NCBI GenBank assembly: GCA_000004985.1
Contig: GG738875.1
Length of the DNA stretch: 64,000 bases
Origin: Naegleria gruberi
Lineage: Eukaryota
Reading direction: 5' to 3' (one strand)
Shown here: piece after piece, positions 30,490 to 41,219 of the stretch
Layout: each line of letters begins with the position of its first letter
How positions within the stretch are numbered: position 1 is the first letter of the stretch
The notes under the pieces: generated by a model
Database searches by the model: none
Told to the model about the DNA's origin: nothing
Seen by the model: the letters and a program-made list of their open reading frames with translations, nothing else
Program-made: the position numbers and the translations under genes

Positions 30490-32187
30490 GTGATGAATAT
30501 ATTTAAGGTGCTTTTGCATATTCCTCCTCAATTATATAAGTTTATTGTAACCTTTTGTAATACCTTGCTTTCAAGAATGAAGATGCATGTACCAATATTA
30601 CACTTCAACTTTGATATTGTGTTAAATATGAACTTGGTTCATTTAAAAATAGTGCAAATTTTCAAAAAAAAACAAATAGATAACAACAATATGATTAGCT
30701 ATTCTTCTTTGAATAATTCCTCTACAAATGGTGGATCTTCCAATAGAACCTCCACATCTTCTTCTTCTTCTCATCAATTTAGATCGGAACATCAGAATTC
30801 ATCATCATCCTCTTCTAATACAACAACAACAACACCTTCAAGTAGTAGTACTTCTGGACGAAATAATAAGAATAATCAGAGAGGTGGTAAATCTAATAAT
30901 GGAAAAGGTGGTGGAAGAAATAATCATCATTCGAATAATAATAATCAAAATCTTCAAAATGAAGAATTGAAACAGGCTGGAACTGGACTTCATTTAGATG
31001 CTTGGCCATATAATTTGTGGGCTAAATTGAGAAAGGACATGAGTTATGGTCAATTGGATAGATTTAGACCATTCCAATCGATGGTTTGTTTGACAGATGG
31101 TCATGAAGATCCAACTTTGAAAGAAGGTGGATTGGAATTAATTCCTGGATTTTCTGCAATTGCAGAAGAGTATTTCCCAGCCACTGACAGAAAATACAGA
31201 GATGGAAAATCATTTAGAGTGAAATCACCTTGGATTAGTTCATATCATATTAGATTTAATCAACCTGAAGATACTGATTTGTTTGAACTTGTTAGAAAGG
31301 TGAAAAGAGTTCCAAAAGATTGGAAGGCACCAACTAGTGCATCTGTTCCTTCTGCAGGATCATCTGTGGAAGAATATATGAAATATGTCAATATGGTTGT
31401 GAAAGAACATGATAATATTCCATATGAACCTGTCAAGAAGGGAGATTTTGTTTATTTTGACATTAGATCTCCACATAGAAATTCAGATGCCAATCACATG
31501 GATAGACCTAGAAGTGTATTCTATCATGCTTACTCTGTATCAAACAAGGTCAATTTGAAAACTATTGAAAATTTGAAGGAAAAGAGAAAGAAGTTTGAAC
31601 ATCCTGAAGATTTCAATGGTAAATTCAGTATGGAACAAAAGGTAATGAACACTGAAACTGATTTGTTACCTCTCTCAACCCTAGGAAAGTGTCTCTATAA
31701 TGAAATTTCATACAACCCCCTCTTGCAAGAAGATTCTAAAGATGACGCTATCAAGGTGATTCTCGAAAAACATTCAGATGTTTTAACACAAAGACATATT
31801 GATTTCTATCATAGATATGGATATGTTGTTGTGGAAAATCTAGTCTCCAATGAAGATGTCACTCAACTTTTTAAGGAATTGACTCATTATTCCGCCAAGT
31901 GTGGATGTAAGCTCGATTCTGATTCTCTCACTACTTCAGAATTCAAAAAAGTTGCATCTGGTTTTGGAGCTATGGTCGAATTCTACTATCTTCCAACTCA
32001 ACAAAAGTTGAGAATGGATGAAAAGTTGTATGCTTCCACTGTTAAACTTCTTTCCAATACTTGGTGTGCCAAATCTCCAAATGCTCTCAAGGTACCATAT
32101 AAATGTCCATTTGCCAGCGATTTGGATCCAAGATGTTTGTGGCTCTATGTTGACAGAATGAATTACAGACTTCCAGATAAGCAATAA
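30490..32187 (+). CDS. Hypothetical protein with S/T/N-rich N-terminus. The likely real start is the Met at 30691. Possible PhyH-like dioxygenase fold in the C-terminal part.
   Basis: The ORF begins 48 nt after the tRNA, so its first ~67 codons are probably UTR. HRYGYVVVENLVSNEDV weakly resembles phytanoyl-CoA dioxygenase-family N-terminal motifs. Confidence 0.4.
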   Translation: MMNIFKVLLHIPPQLYKFIVTFCNTLLSRMKMHVPILHFNFDIVLNMNLVHLKIVQIFKKKQIDNNNMISYSSLNNSSTNGGSSNRTSTSSSSSHQFRSEHQNSSSSSSNTTTTTPSSSSTSGRNNKNNQRGGKSNNGKGGGRNNHHSNNNNQNLQNEELKQAGTGLHLDAWPYNLWAKLRKDMSYGQLDRFRPFQSMVCLTDGHEDPTLKEGGLELIPGFSAIAEEYFPATDRKYRDGKSFRVKSPWISSYHIRFNQPEDTDLFELVRKVKRVPKDWKAPTSASVPSAGSSVEEYMKYVNMVVKEHDNIPYEPVKKGDFVYFDIRSPHRNSDANHMDRPRSVFYHAYSVSNKVNLKTIENLKEKRKKFEHPEDFNGKFSMEQKVMNTETDLLPLSTLGKCLYNEISYNPLLQEDSKDDAIKVILEKHSDVLTQRHIDFYHRYGYVVVENLVSNEDVTQLFKELTHYSAKCGCKLDSDSLTTSEFKKVASGFGAMVEFYYLPTQQKLRMDEKLYASTVKLLSNTWCAKSPNALKVPYKCPFASDLDPRCLWLYVDRMNYRLPDKQ

Positions 32188-32230
32188 GTCAGCCACACAA
32201 TTTATAAAATAAACCTGAATCACTAATTTA

Positions 32231-35077
32231 TTATTGATAAGTTTGACCAAAAAGATGACTAATATATTGAGCATTGCTTCCAGTCAATTGTATCAATTCA
32301 AATAATCTCTTATAACCACCATAAACAAAGGATGTCATCAACTCTTGATAATAATCTTTTGGAATTGAATGAGCTTGTTTTGGAGTTCTTCCCACCGACA
32401 TTGCATATAATGCCTCTGAAACAGAATGCTCATACTCATAGTGTGATTGAATCAAAAATTCGTGTAAATCGAAATTCTTTCTTTCAATTTTGTGATAGAC
32501 TGATGGAGGATTGATAAGTTTGGCAAATGCTGTTGGCATGGTATTCTCAATGTATCGATTGGACATAATTTCTGAAGCTCCAGCATTGAATGCAGCTACT
32601 ACTTCCTTATCATAGATGACTCCTTGAGCCACTTGTTTTGACCAACCTTCCAAAAGGGCTGGATGAATGAGAACATCTGAAAACTTCACTAAACTGCATT
32701 CATCTTTGAAATTTCTATTCAAAAAGAGAACATTATCTGAAACATCATTGTCAATAATTAACTTTTTCACATATTGCTCATACTTGCTGTTAATAAATTG
32801 GCCACTTATTATCAAGAGTGGTTGAGCTCCATATTTAATCTTCTTCTTTGCATAGGAAAGAGCAATAATAGAAACATGATGTCCCATTGCTGGACTAATC
32901 TCATCATCCATTTGTGAAACAACAACATAACCATTCGTGCTATTGTAAGGTAAAATTTGTGGATTGACAGTGTAGGGTAAAATATTTTTCTCCCATACGA
33001 GGTCTCTCTCATTATATTTCAGTGGTTTGAATGGACAATCTTCTAATTGAGAGTCACTAATTCCATTACTAATCACAACCATCTTGTTAATATCCAATCC
33101 AAGATTCATATCTGAAAATATGGCTACATCTGAAGAGACACTCGTGTACATGGATGTATAATGATCTGCCTTGTAAAATTTTTCCAATAACTTCTTGTGC
33201 TTATCCTCCAAAAGCCACATGTACTGATTGTGAAGAGTTTGAACAATTGGAATGTTCAATTCCTTAGCAATTTCTAATCCAAAGGTCGAGTAGTGTGCAT
33301 TGACCACTGTGAATTTTTCACTTTGCAACAATTGCTTATACTCTGCTTTGGTTTGAACTCGTTTGACTGGAATATTTTCACTCGAGGATTTGATTTCCAA
33401 TTTTCCACAATTAATAATTGTAACACGGGCATTGTGATCTCTCAAGTATTGGGCCAATTCCATGACAATTGCATCCATTCCTTTCAAATGAGCATGGAAA
33501 TCCTCAATTTGAATGGCAACGTTCAGCTTGATTGGCTTTGGATTCTTTCCTTCAAAGTATTGCACATATTCGATTTCATTCTTGATTTCTCTACTGAATA
33601 CCATCACCGGAAGTGCTTTCTGTTTGATGAGAGGTGAAATTGTGAATGCATCTGCTCCTTGAATTCTTGTAAGACAATGCAAATTGGCAGCAATTGATGT
33701 TGATCTCTTCTCCTCCATCAATAACACTTGAGGCATAAAGAGGGCAGCTCTATTATAAATTGTCTTGTCATTGGTAACGAACAAGTTGAATCTCCTTTTC
33801 AAAAAATGTCTAAATCTATACAAGAAGAAGGTAAATGTTTCTTCTAATTTCGTCTTTTCACTTTCGTCAATACTTTCTGGTAAAACCCAACTCAATACAT
33901 TACATTCCGAAAGTTCCTTCAAAATGTCAAATCGTTTAAACTTGTTCAATACTTCCATTTCATTCATATCCTCAATTTCAAATAAAGCATCGAAATGATT
34001 TCGTTGAATAATTTCTTCCATATCTGCCATGTGAAGTGGAGGATCCTCTCTCTGATAAAGCTTCTTTCCAATTCTTTCTACCAAGATATCAGTCCAAAAT
34101 TGAGTGCTCTTTTCAAATCTTTCCTTCCAGGTGCTTGGAATAGTTTGGATATCACTATTTTCGAAAACATCAAATTCCATTCCATCAATCCAATCGAATA
34201 ATTCATTGGAAATCAAATGGTGATAAGGATATACCATTGAAGGAAGTGATGAAAATTTAGATTCTTCAGAACAAACAATCAACCATGCATTTGAATGAGA
34301 TTCCATCAAATTCTTAACAGTTTCCAAATTGACATCTCTATCTTCATGGTTAACAATATGAACTCGAATTTTCTCACTAGTTTTAACATTTTCTGATATG
34401 AATTCACTCAATTTCTTTTGATTAATTGGATCATCTCCACTTGCTGTTCTAAAAACAATTAAATCCAAAATATTATCACTATTCGAAGGTTGAAACTGTT
34501 TCGACCACGTTTGCAACAAGTAATTATTCAATCCTTTAGCATATTCCTTGACCATTGATTGTTTTCTTTTTGCCATTTCGATCTTTTCACTATTCGAAAG
34601 AATCTTTTTTGAATTAATTCTTTCTCTGATAATTCTTTCAACTAGAATACTGTCATCTTTTCTAAAAATTTGCATGATTACCCATAAACCCAGGGCCACG
34701 AACGTGATGGCCACAAGTAAAAACAATCCAATAATTAACCAAAACTTTCGTCTTAGGATTATCTTTACCAGTTTGCTATTCGAAAGGGAACGAGTACTCC
34801 AAGAGTCCCTTTCTGAAAATTGTACAGGGGCATAATCATAGGTTGATGATGAATGGCCAGATTTTTTCCTGCCACTTTCGGAAGGATAAACTTCCTCTTC
34901 ATTACTGTTTCGTCTAGACATTTTGTATCTCGGATTAATATTTGACAAGTTTGTAGAGGATAAATTAATATTTACATGATCTGAAGTGTTTTCCTCTTCT
35001 TCATGAGTTGTTGTTTCTTCTGATAGATTCCTGTCAGTAGTACTACTGTCATGATGACGATTCGAATGGTTGTGCAT
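32231..35077 (-). CDS. Type II membrane protein with a C-terminal GT4/GT1-like glycosyltransferase domain.
   Basis: N-terminal cytosolic tail followed by TM helix LIIGLFLLVAITFVALGLWVIM. C-terminal PALLEGWSKQVAQGVIYDKEVVAAFNAGASEI matches the E(x7)E / EGF-G...EA..G.PVV retaining glycosyltransferase motif. Confidence 0.45.
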   Translation of the reverse strand: MHNHSNRHHDSSTTDRNLSEETTTHEEEENTSDHVNINLSSTNLSNINPRYKMSRRNSNEEEVYPSESGRKKSGHSSSTYDYAPVQFSERDSWSTRSLSNSKLVKIILRRKFWLIIGLFLLVAITFVALGLWVIMQIFRKDDSILVERIIRERINSKKILSNSEKIEMAKRKQSMVKEYAKGLNNYLLQTWSKQFQPSNSDNILDLIVFRTASGDDPINQKKLSEFISENVKTSEKIRVHIVNHEDRDVNLETVKNLMESHSNAWLIVCSEESKFSSLPSMVYPYHHLISNELFDWIDGMEFDVFENSDIQTIPSTWKERFEKSTQFWTDILVERIGKKLYQREDPPLHMADMEEIIQRNHFDALFEIEDMNEMEVLNKFKRFDILKELSECNVLSWVLPESIDESEKTKLEETFTFFLYRFRHFLKRRFNLFVTNDKTIYNRAALFMPQVLLMEEKRSTSIAANLHCLTRIQGADAFTISPLIKQKALPVMVFSREIKNEIEYVQYFEGKNPKPIKLNVAIQIEDFHAHLKGMDAIVMELAQYLRDHNARVTIINCGKLEIKSSSENIPVKRVQTKAEYKQLLQSEKFTVVNAHYSTFGLEIAKELNIPIVQTLHNQYMWLLEDKHKKLLEKFYKADHYTSMYTSVSSDVAIFSDMNLGLDINKMVVISNGISDSQLEDCPFKPLKYNERDLVWEKNILPYTVNPQILPYNSTNGYVVVSQMDDEISPAMGHHVSIIALSYAKKKIKYGAQPLLIISGQFINSKYEQYVKKLIIDNDVSDNVLFLNRNFKDECSLVKFSDVLIHPALLEGWSKQVAQGVIYDKEVVAAFNAGASEIMSNRYIENTMPTAFAKLINPPSVYHKIERKNFDLHEFLIQSHYEYEHSVSEALYAMSVGRTPKQAHSIPKDYYQELMTSFVYGGYKRLFELIQLTGSNAQYISHLFGQTYQ

Positions 35078-35149
35078 TTTTTTTTAAAGGTTTTTTGAAA
35101 TGAGATTTTACGTTGATTGATGGAATGATGGGGTTTGAAATAAAAAGAT

Positions 35150-35223
35150 TACGCCGTAAGGGAGTCGAACCCTTGACCTTCAGCGTGTAAAGCTGACGAT
35201 CTAACCAACTGATCTAACGGCGC
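35150..35223 (-). tRNA. tRNA-Val (anticodon UAC).
   Basis: Reverse complement GCGCCGTTAGATCAGTTGGTTAGATCGTCAGCTTTACACGCTGAAGGTCAAGGGTTCGACTCCCTTACGGCGTA has a 7-bp acceptor stem (one G-U), D-arm GATC...GATC, anticodon loop TTTACAC, T-arm GGGTTCGACTCCC. Confidence 0.8.
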
Positions 35224-35419
35224 TTACATTCAAAACGTGGATGAACCATATTTTGTGTACTTGTTATTTGACTATCTGCGTTGTAAAACTTTTTGCTTGT
35301 GCTACCTTGAAAACAACCCAAACGCAGCTAAATTGCTAAAAACCAACAAAAAAAAAAGTCTACACAAGTGCGTAACAAAAATTCAGCTGAAAATTCAAGA
35401 ATGACTAAATCGTGATCAG

Positions 35420-36712
35420 ATGCCAAGCACAAGAACCAACACCTCCAAGAATCAATCTACCAAGAGAAAACATGAAGAATCAACAAATATCACTGATTCC
35501 GAACCACAAACAAAAAATAGAAAAAAAAATAAAAATCGTGATGAGCGTCATGATGATCAAGAAATTGACAACCAAAGCATTGATGTCCTCTCTGCCAAAA
35601 CCAACTCAACAACAACCAACAAGAAGCAATCAAGAAGAGATCAATGGTACGCTTACGAATCTAGTGTATATCGCATTGATGTGTCCCTCCTGTTGAGTAG
35701 ACATGTAACTCTCTCGCTGACAGACATTTTATTTGATTATCAAAAGATTAGAGATGAAACAATCAAGGTAATTTTGCAGAATTATGAAGAAACTTTGATG
35801 GTAGATGTGAATAATCCTAATTGCCATTCAATGATGAGTCATGGTCAGTTGCATCTCAATGAAAGCATTCAATATAAGAGAAATCAATGCAAAATTATTG
35901 AAGATGAGAAATGTCGTGAAGCTTACTTGTGTGTTCACTCTAAGGAATTCACCAAAGATTCAGTCAAGAAAGCTGACGAAACGCTCATGTTTTCATGTGA
36001 TGGATGGTTAATTTACAGATGTGATAGAATGAAGGGAGACACCCATGCCTTCTCCACAATTCATGGCAAGATGATTGGTGACAAGATCAATACTAAAACT
36101 TTGTATTGGTTGGGAATTCATGATTCTCATTGTACTATTAGAAAAATTGAATGGGAAATTAAGGAAATTGTTGATAAGAAGAAAGAGAATTTTCCAGAAC
36201 CAGCATCCAAGAAGGAAATTGAACAAGAACTTGAAAAGCTAAAGGCAACACCTACCGACTATTTCATTCCAAATAGAGTGTTGGTTGTCGATTATCCCTT
36301 CATTGATGCAAATAGTGGTGTTCAGGGTAATTTACAATTTCAACCGCCACATGCTCAAACAGCTTTCCAAGAATCACCAATTCAAGATAATGAAACCAAT
36401 CCAACCAATTTACCTTTCCAATCGGATGGACATGGAGAATGGACAGATAACTCAGAAACCATTCAATCGGGAGATGATTTTGAGAATAAGAAAAGTCCTT
36501 GTCCATGGGGAAATGATATGTATAGTGCTGTGTTATCACCAATTCAAGATAATACCCAAACTATTTTACCTGCCCAAGTAGATTGCTCTGGAACAGAAGA
36601 ACCTGTAGCCAGTAATTTTGATCTTTTACCGATTCTAGACGAATTCGATAGTGAGATGAAGTTACAATCTAGCGATCTTGTTGATAACATACTAAATATT
36701 CTTTACTGTTGA
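35420..36712 (+). CDS. Hypothetical protein with basic, probably nuclear, N-terminus.
   Basis: 430-aa ORF with K/R-rich N-terminal ~60 aa (KRKHEE...KNRKKNKNRDERHDD). No recognisable domain. Confidence 0.4.
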   Translation: MPSTRTNTSKNQSTKRKHEESTNITDSEPQTKNRKKNKNRDERHDDQEIDNQSIDVLSAKTNSTTTNKKQSRRDQWYAYESSVYRIDVSLLLSRHVTLSLTDILFDYQKIRDETIKVILQNYEETLMVDVNNPNCHSMMSHGQLHLNESIQYKRNQCKIIEDEKCREAYLCVHSKEFTKDSVKKADETLMFSCDGWLIYRCDRMKGDTHAFSTIHGKMIGDKINTKTLYWLGIHDSHCTIRKIEWEIKEIVDKKKENFPEPASKKEIEQELEKLKATPTDYFIPNRVLVVDYPFIDANSGVQGNLQFQPPHAQTAFQESPIQDNETNPTNLPFQSDGHGEWTDNSETIQSGDDFENKKSPCPWGNDMYSAVLSPIQDNTQTILPAQVDCSGTEEPVASNFDLLPILDEFDSEMKLQSSDLVDNILNILYC

Positions 36713-36794
36713 ATTCCATATGTATACGGTATAGCAGAATAAATATTATTTCGTATTTTCTTAGAGAATGTTTAAAGAGCAAGATCTGAATAAT

Positions 36795-38441
36795 TTAATT
36801 ATCAGTAGGTTTATTTAAGAATAGTTTGAAAACTGTTTTCATAGTTTTAACATATGGCTTCTTTTTGTGTTGATCTATACAATCAAATATTTCTTTCTGT
36901 CCAATAATATGAACTGTATGTGATGCATTGACGTCTTCATCATAGGCTGTTGCTTTCTTTTTATATGAATTATACTGTTGTTTAAGAGAGGAAATACTAA
37001 GTGTTTCCATATTTGGAGAAATAAGCAATCTTAGACATGGATTTGATTCTAATTTAAAATTCTTAATGATGTCTTGAGTGTCTAGTTCGGTGTGTGGAAG
37101 ATAGATCTCTTTTTTGGTGATTTGTAAATTTTTGAAATTAGTCGTTTCTAACATTCTACAAGCTTTACAAGGTTGAATTGGATTATTAACAGGATCAGAG
37201 ATTAAGGATATAGCTGAAAGCACTGTGACATGAAGATTCTCCGAATTCTTCAGATAAAATATAAGATCAGGGCCCATTTTGTTATATGGTTTGATACCAG
37301 AATCAAGAAATATGTTGTCTAATTGTGAGTACCACATTCCTAGAATATTATTAGAAAGCTCGAGGTCGGATTTAGATAAAGTTTTATCCCTTATAAAGCT
37401 GTTAAAATTCAAACAACAGTTGTCAAAAGAGAGGTCTTTTAGCTTTCTAAATAAAGGACTGGAGGAATGATTCTTGGATTTGGATTCTGATAATCTCTCA
37501 CTTTCTTCCATCAGCAATAAGGTTATAAATATTTCAAAGGTATCCTCATTAGTGGATGTTTCACATCGTCTGGCAATATAGGTCCATAATTCTTCTCTAT
37601 AATTAGTAAAAACAAATTTGAAATAGCACTTGTAATCTATTGGATCCACAATTTCAAAAAAGTTGTTGGTTCCAATTCGAACTACATGAGCTACCGAGAG
37701 AGTTATTAGCGCATTTTCAATAGTCCCTTCTCCACTACATGAACACGGCTGACCAAACAACATTTTGAATATTGTTTCCAGAAAAACATGTCTATCACCT
37801 GAATCTATAAATTTAACAACCTTACTTTGAGCATGGGCTACTTTCTCTACCACAACATCATCCAAAATGCTCATACACACACTTTTCAATTGTTTGTTGG
37901 TTGGTTTGTGTAAAGTTCTTGAGTTCATAAGGAGAGCCTTATGAAAATCAGTGGTGTGTTGTGGAGGTCCTGATAACAAATAACAAAATAAAGCCATGTT
38001 TTTGGGACTGAGTGAAAGGTTGAATTTGTGTTCCAAAATTGTTTGAACATGAGTTGGTGACCAAGGTTCAAGACTACCCATTACAATTTTTGAAATTAGT
38101 CTCCCATTATCTGAAATACTTAAATCCACTTTAACCAAATTCAATGTGCTGCCTATGAAAACGACATTATTGAAGGGTAATATTGCCTTATAAATTGCGT
38201 GGAAAAGGCTCCCCTTTGTGCCATCAGAAAGATCAATTGAGCCTTTCTTCATATTCAATAATTCTTGAGATTCATCAAAGGCAATTACAATTTTCACTTT
38301 ATACCTGAGTCGAAATTCAAGTGTTAAACGTGAGCAAATTGTTGAGAGTGTTTCATTTTTCATCATGGAAAACAATGGCTTCCATAGCTCCCAACTGGTC
38401 ATAAGTGGCTGTCTTTTTCCTCTCATATATCTATTAATCAA
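36795..38441 (-). CDS. Hypothetical protein.
   Basis: 548-aa uninterrupted ORF. No motif recognised. Confidence 0.4.
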   Translation of the reverse strand: MINRYMRGKRQPLMTSWELWKPLFSMMKNETLSTICSRLTLEFRLRYKVKIVIAFDESQELLNMKKGSIDLSDGTKGSLFHAIYKAILPFNNVVFIGSTLNLVKVDLSISDNGRLISKIVMGSLEPWSPTHVQTILEHKFNLSLSPKNMALFCYLLSGPPQHTTDFHKALLMNSRTLHKPTNKQLKSVCMSILDDVVVEKVAHAQSKVVKFIDSGDRHVFLETIFKMLFGQPCSCSGEGTIENALITLSVAHVVRIGTNNFFEIVDPIDYKCYFKFVFTNYREELWTYIARRCETSTNEDTFEIFITLLLMEESERLSESKSKNHSSSPLFRKLKDLSFDNCCLNFNSFIRDKTLSKSDLELSNNILGMWYSQLDNIFLDSGIKPYNKMGPDLIFYLKNSENLHVTVLSAISLISDPVNNPIQPCKACRMLETTNFKNLQITKKEIYLPHTELDTQDIIKNFKLESNPCLRLLISPNMETLSISSLKQQYNSYKKKATAYDEDVNASHTVHIIGQKEIFDCIDQHKKKPYVKTMKTVFKLFLNKPTDN

Positions 38442-38470
38442 TACTTCTCAGAATAACTATTGAATGATAC

Positions 38471-38917
38471 CTACTTGAAAAAATCAATTCCTGAAATTGT
38501 TTCATCATATTCCAATAATGTTTTAACAATTAACAAAGCTGATAGTACCATCATCAATACGGATTGTGTAACATCTCCATCAAAATCTTTCATTGCATTA
38601 ATAACATTATCTGAATAACAATTGAAGTAAAGGACGAAAAATCTCTCATAAATGGAAGTATTTGTTGGTGTTGAGCTAGCCAAATTGAAAATAGTATATG
38701 TTTTTCCCGATGAACTCAAATCAATAAATTTGATCATAGTGTAACCATCCTGATCCCTTCCGAACATTGTGGGTTCCTCTAACAGATTTCTAAGGTCTTT
38801 CCCCTTTGACTCAGGAACTCGAACAGTGTCAAAGTTGGAAGACCAGACACTAAGAGCTTCCTTATCAAACCCTTCAAGAGAACTTGGCAACAAAGGAGTT
38901 CTGAAAAAACTCCCCAA
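38471..38917 (-). CDS. Hypothetical small protein.
   Basis: 148-aa ORF on the same strand as, and immediately downstream of, 36795-38441. Could be an upstream exon or a separate gene. Confidence 0.3.
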   Translation of the reverse strand: MGSFFRTPLLPSSLEGFDKEALSVWSSNFDTVRVPESKGKDLRNLLEEPTMFGRDQDGYTMIKFIDLSSSGKTYTIFNLASSTPTNTSIYERFFVLYFNCYSDNVINAMKDFDGDVTQSVLMMVLSALLIVKTLLEYDETISGIDFFK

Positions 38918-39016
38918 TATCGCTCTTTGTTTTTCTGTTTCGTTTGCAATGTTAAGTTTCCCACAACTGCTTGTCTGTTTTGAAATGGTAGACTTGTGCC
39001 CTTTGTGCCTCCAATG

Positions 39017-39529
39017 TTAATAGAATAATGTTAATGTGCTGAATTTTTGTTCGAGAATGTCCTTTGAAATGTAACTCACTAATTGAGGTTTGTGGACCCA
39101 ATAGGCAATCGTGTGACTAGTGGCATTCACAAATGGTTGTTTGTTTTTCTTAAATCTATCACTGATATTTGCTTCAGTTTCTTGTATGTCGGCTCCTCTT
39201 AGAAACTTCAAATCAGATCCCTTAAAATTGTCTAAAAGAAGGAAAATCGCTTTAGTAAAGTCAAGGCTCATTCCTCCCTCAACAAGACCAAGCATTAAAA
39301 CTTTGCAAAAAGTTAAAGAGTCCCACAAATGATAATTTTCAAAATAAATCCTCTCGGAGTTTTTTTCTATTGTAGATTGCATTGTATTATTTACTTCTTT
39401 TGAGGATTGAGTTGTGGTGTTGTTCCTTTCTGTTACGGTTTGGCTTTCATTGTTTTGAGTTGTGTTGAAGAGAAATATTAAAAAAGCGATGAATGCAATA
39501 AACAAAATCAAATAGTCTGTTAAGGTCAT
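39017..39529 (-). CDS. Hypothetical signal-anchor membrane protein (copy 1).
   Basis: N-terminal TM helix LILFIAFIAFLIFLF. Duplicated at 43070-43684, where a 1-nt indel removes the stop. Confidence 0.4.
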   Translation of the reverse strand: MTLTDYLILFIAFIAFLIFLFNTTQNNESQTVTERNNTTTQSSKEVNNTMQSTIEKNSERIYFENYHLWDSLTFCKVLMLGLVEGGMSLDFTKAIFLLLDNFKGSDLKFLRGADIQETEANISDRFKKNKQPFVNATSHTIAYWVHKPQLVSYISKDILEQKFSTLTLFY

Positions 39530-40153
39530 TTTTTACATATTCTCCCATAAAAAATTGTTAGAACTAAGTACATCCACCATATTAAGACAAAATCTAGCAC
39601 ATTTATCATGCAATTTTATTGCAGTCTGTGAGTGAAGTAAATATGATAAATTGCCACTCTCTATACGTTAGAATTCAACGTCGTGGACTCTTGCTCAGTT
39701 CCAGAGGATTGTGAAACTTGGAATTATTGCTTCCTGTGTGTCAAAACACCATAATCCAAGTCATAATTGTGGTTGTTAAAAGGGAGGGTGGTATGTGGAT
39801 CGGAAGTTCAAATACTCTAATGAACAATCATAAACGACAAAATTTCGAAAATAATATCATCATGAAAAAGGTTAAATACTGTACAAGCTCCTTCCTAGTT
39901 CGTGTTGGTGTTTTTTAATAATGTATCGGGTGAGATTTCACTTACTGTAGTCGTTGGATTATCTACACACGAGGTATACATTTGAATTTCCAACATTTAA
40001 ACCCCACCAACTCCAAAACTTGCTTGAAATTCCGCTCACTCTTCCATTAAGATTCAAAATTAAGGAGTAGATTAGTAGCCGATTAAGGTCACCATCTACA
40101 GCTCAAATATAAAGCTGATTGGAAACCAGGTAACAATACTCCATATCGAAAAA

Positions 40154-40794
40154 ATGTTCAAATTCAACACCATCTATCTTTTAGTTGTTGTGGTAACTCT
40201 TTTCATCGCTTTGATAAACAACAATTCTCATGTCAATGCTCTTCAGTTGCAAACAAGAGCAAATTCCACATGTCAAGTTATGATTAACGGAGCAGAAGTT
40301 AATATTGCATCCATCGATAGACCAAAAGGATATTTTATCATTGCAAGATCTGATCATAATATCAAGTTCCTTCTGTAAGTTGTTTCGTTATGTGACATTT
40401 GCTTAATGTGTGAAAATGTAGTAATCTTTGTAATGCTTCTCCTAATCCATATTACTGGAATTCACTTTGTAAATTCCCAGCTAAATCTGCTGGATATCAA
40501 TTCGCTTTTGAATATAATCTTTGTTATTCACTTTCAACTCCAGAAAATCCAAAAGTTTCTTACAATAGTGAAACTAAAACAGTTACCATTACTCATCCTC
40601 CAAGTGTTATCAATAGAGATGGAGTTTCAAGACAAATGAAAGTTAGCTTAGTGTGTGACAGAAATTCAAGTTTGTGGCCAGAATTGGATTTCGAAGGAGA
40701 ACAAAACTTGTTGTCTATCGTTTCTCTGGAAAGACAAGTTATATTTGTCATTAATGAATCCTTTGCTGATAAAGATCTTTCAATTTGTTTCTAA
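40154..40794 (+). pseudogene. MRH (mannose-6-phosphate-receptor-homology)-like small secreted protein, copy 1: join(40154..40374, 40422..40794). A 10-bp deletion relative to copy 2 shifts the frame of the C-terminus.
   Basis: Signal peptide, then 47-nt intron GTAAGT...TGTAG. Copy 1 lacks agatatggag present in copy 2, replacing the conserved ...RYGVVVYRFSGKTSYICH end with an unrelated tail. Confidence 0.4.
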
Positions 40795-41219
40795 TTGTTA
40801 GTTTACTTTTCGTATTATCCATGTTGGAAAATTCACCATTAGTGAATTTTATTGATGGTTTGATGATGATGATCATATAGATATTTACCTTAATGATCGG
40901 AAGTGAATTTGCTGGTGATCTTTATCATAAACGCTATTCCAAAATGATGATGAGTTCAGTGATGATGTAGAGGAGTGGAAAGTGAGTAGAGAGCAATCAT
41001 TTTGTTTCTACATTGCTGTTGTTGATTTTGTAGCAGTTGTTTATTGCTTCCCAAGGAAAAAATTGATCAATTATGGCTTAATTTTTGATTTTGCATGACC
41101 AATTTGATTGTAAGAAATATCAAGTGATGTTAATTGTTTCATTTCACTTATGAATTTGGCTCCTTCATTATCAATTTCATTGCTACTAATATTAAGTAAT
41201 GTTAATTGTTTCATTTCGC

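Noticed and set aside
30490-30690. ORF start at 30490 immediately downstream of tRNA-Gly.
   Set aside because: The first ~67 codons (MMNIFKVLLHIPPQLYKF...) begin only 48 nt from the tRNA. They look like AT-rich promoter/UTR read-through. The Met at 30691 followed by the S/T-rich region is the more plausible start.
40406-40639. 77-aa ORF (MCENVVIFVMLLL...), with a twin at 44561-44806.
   Set aside because: It is out of frame relative to the spliced MRH-like exon 2 that covers the same DNA. There is no supporting motif.
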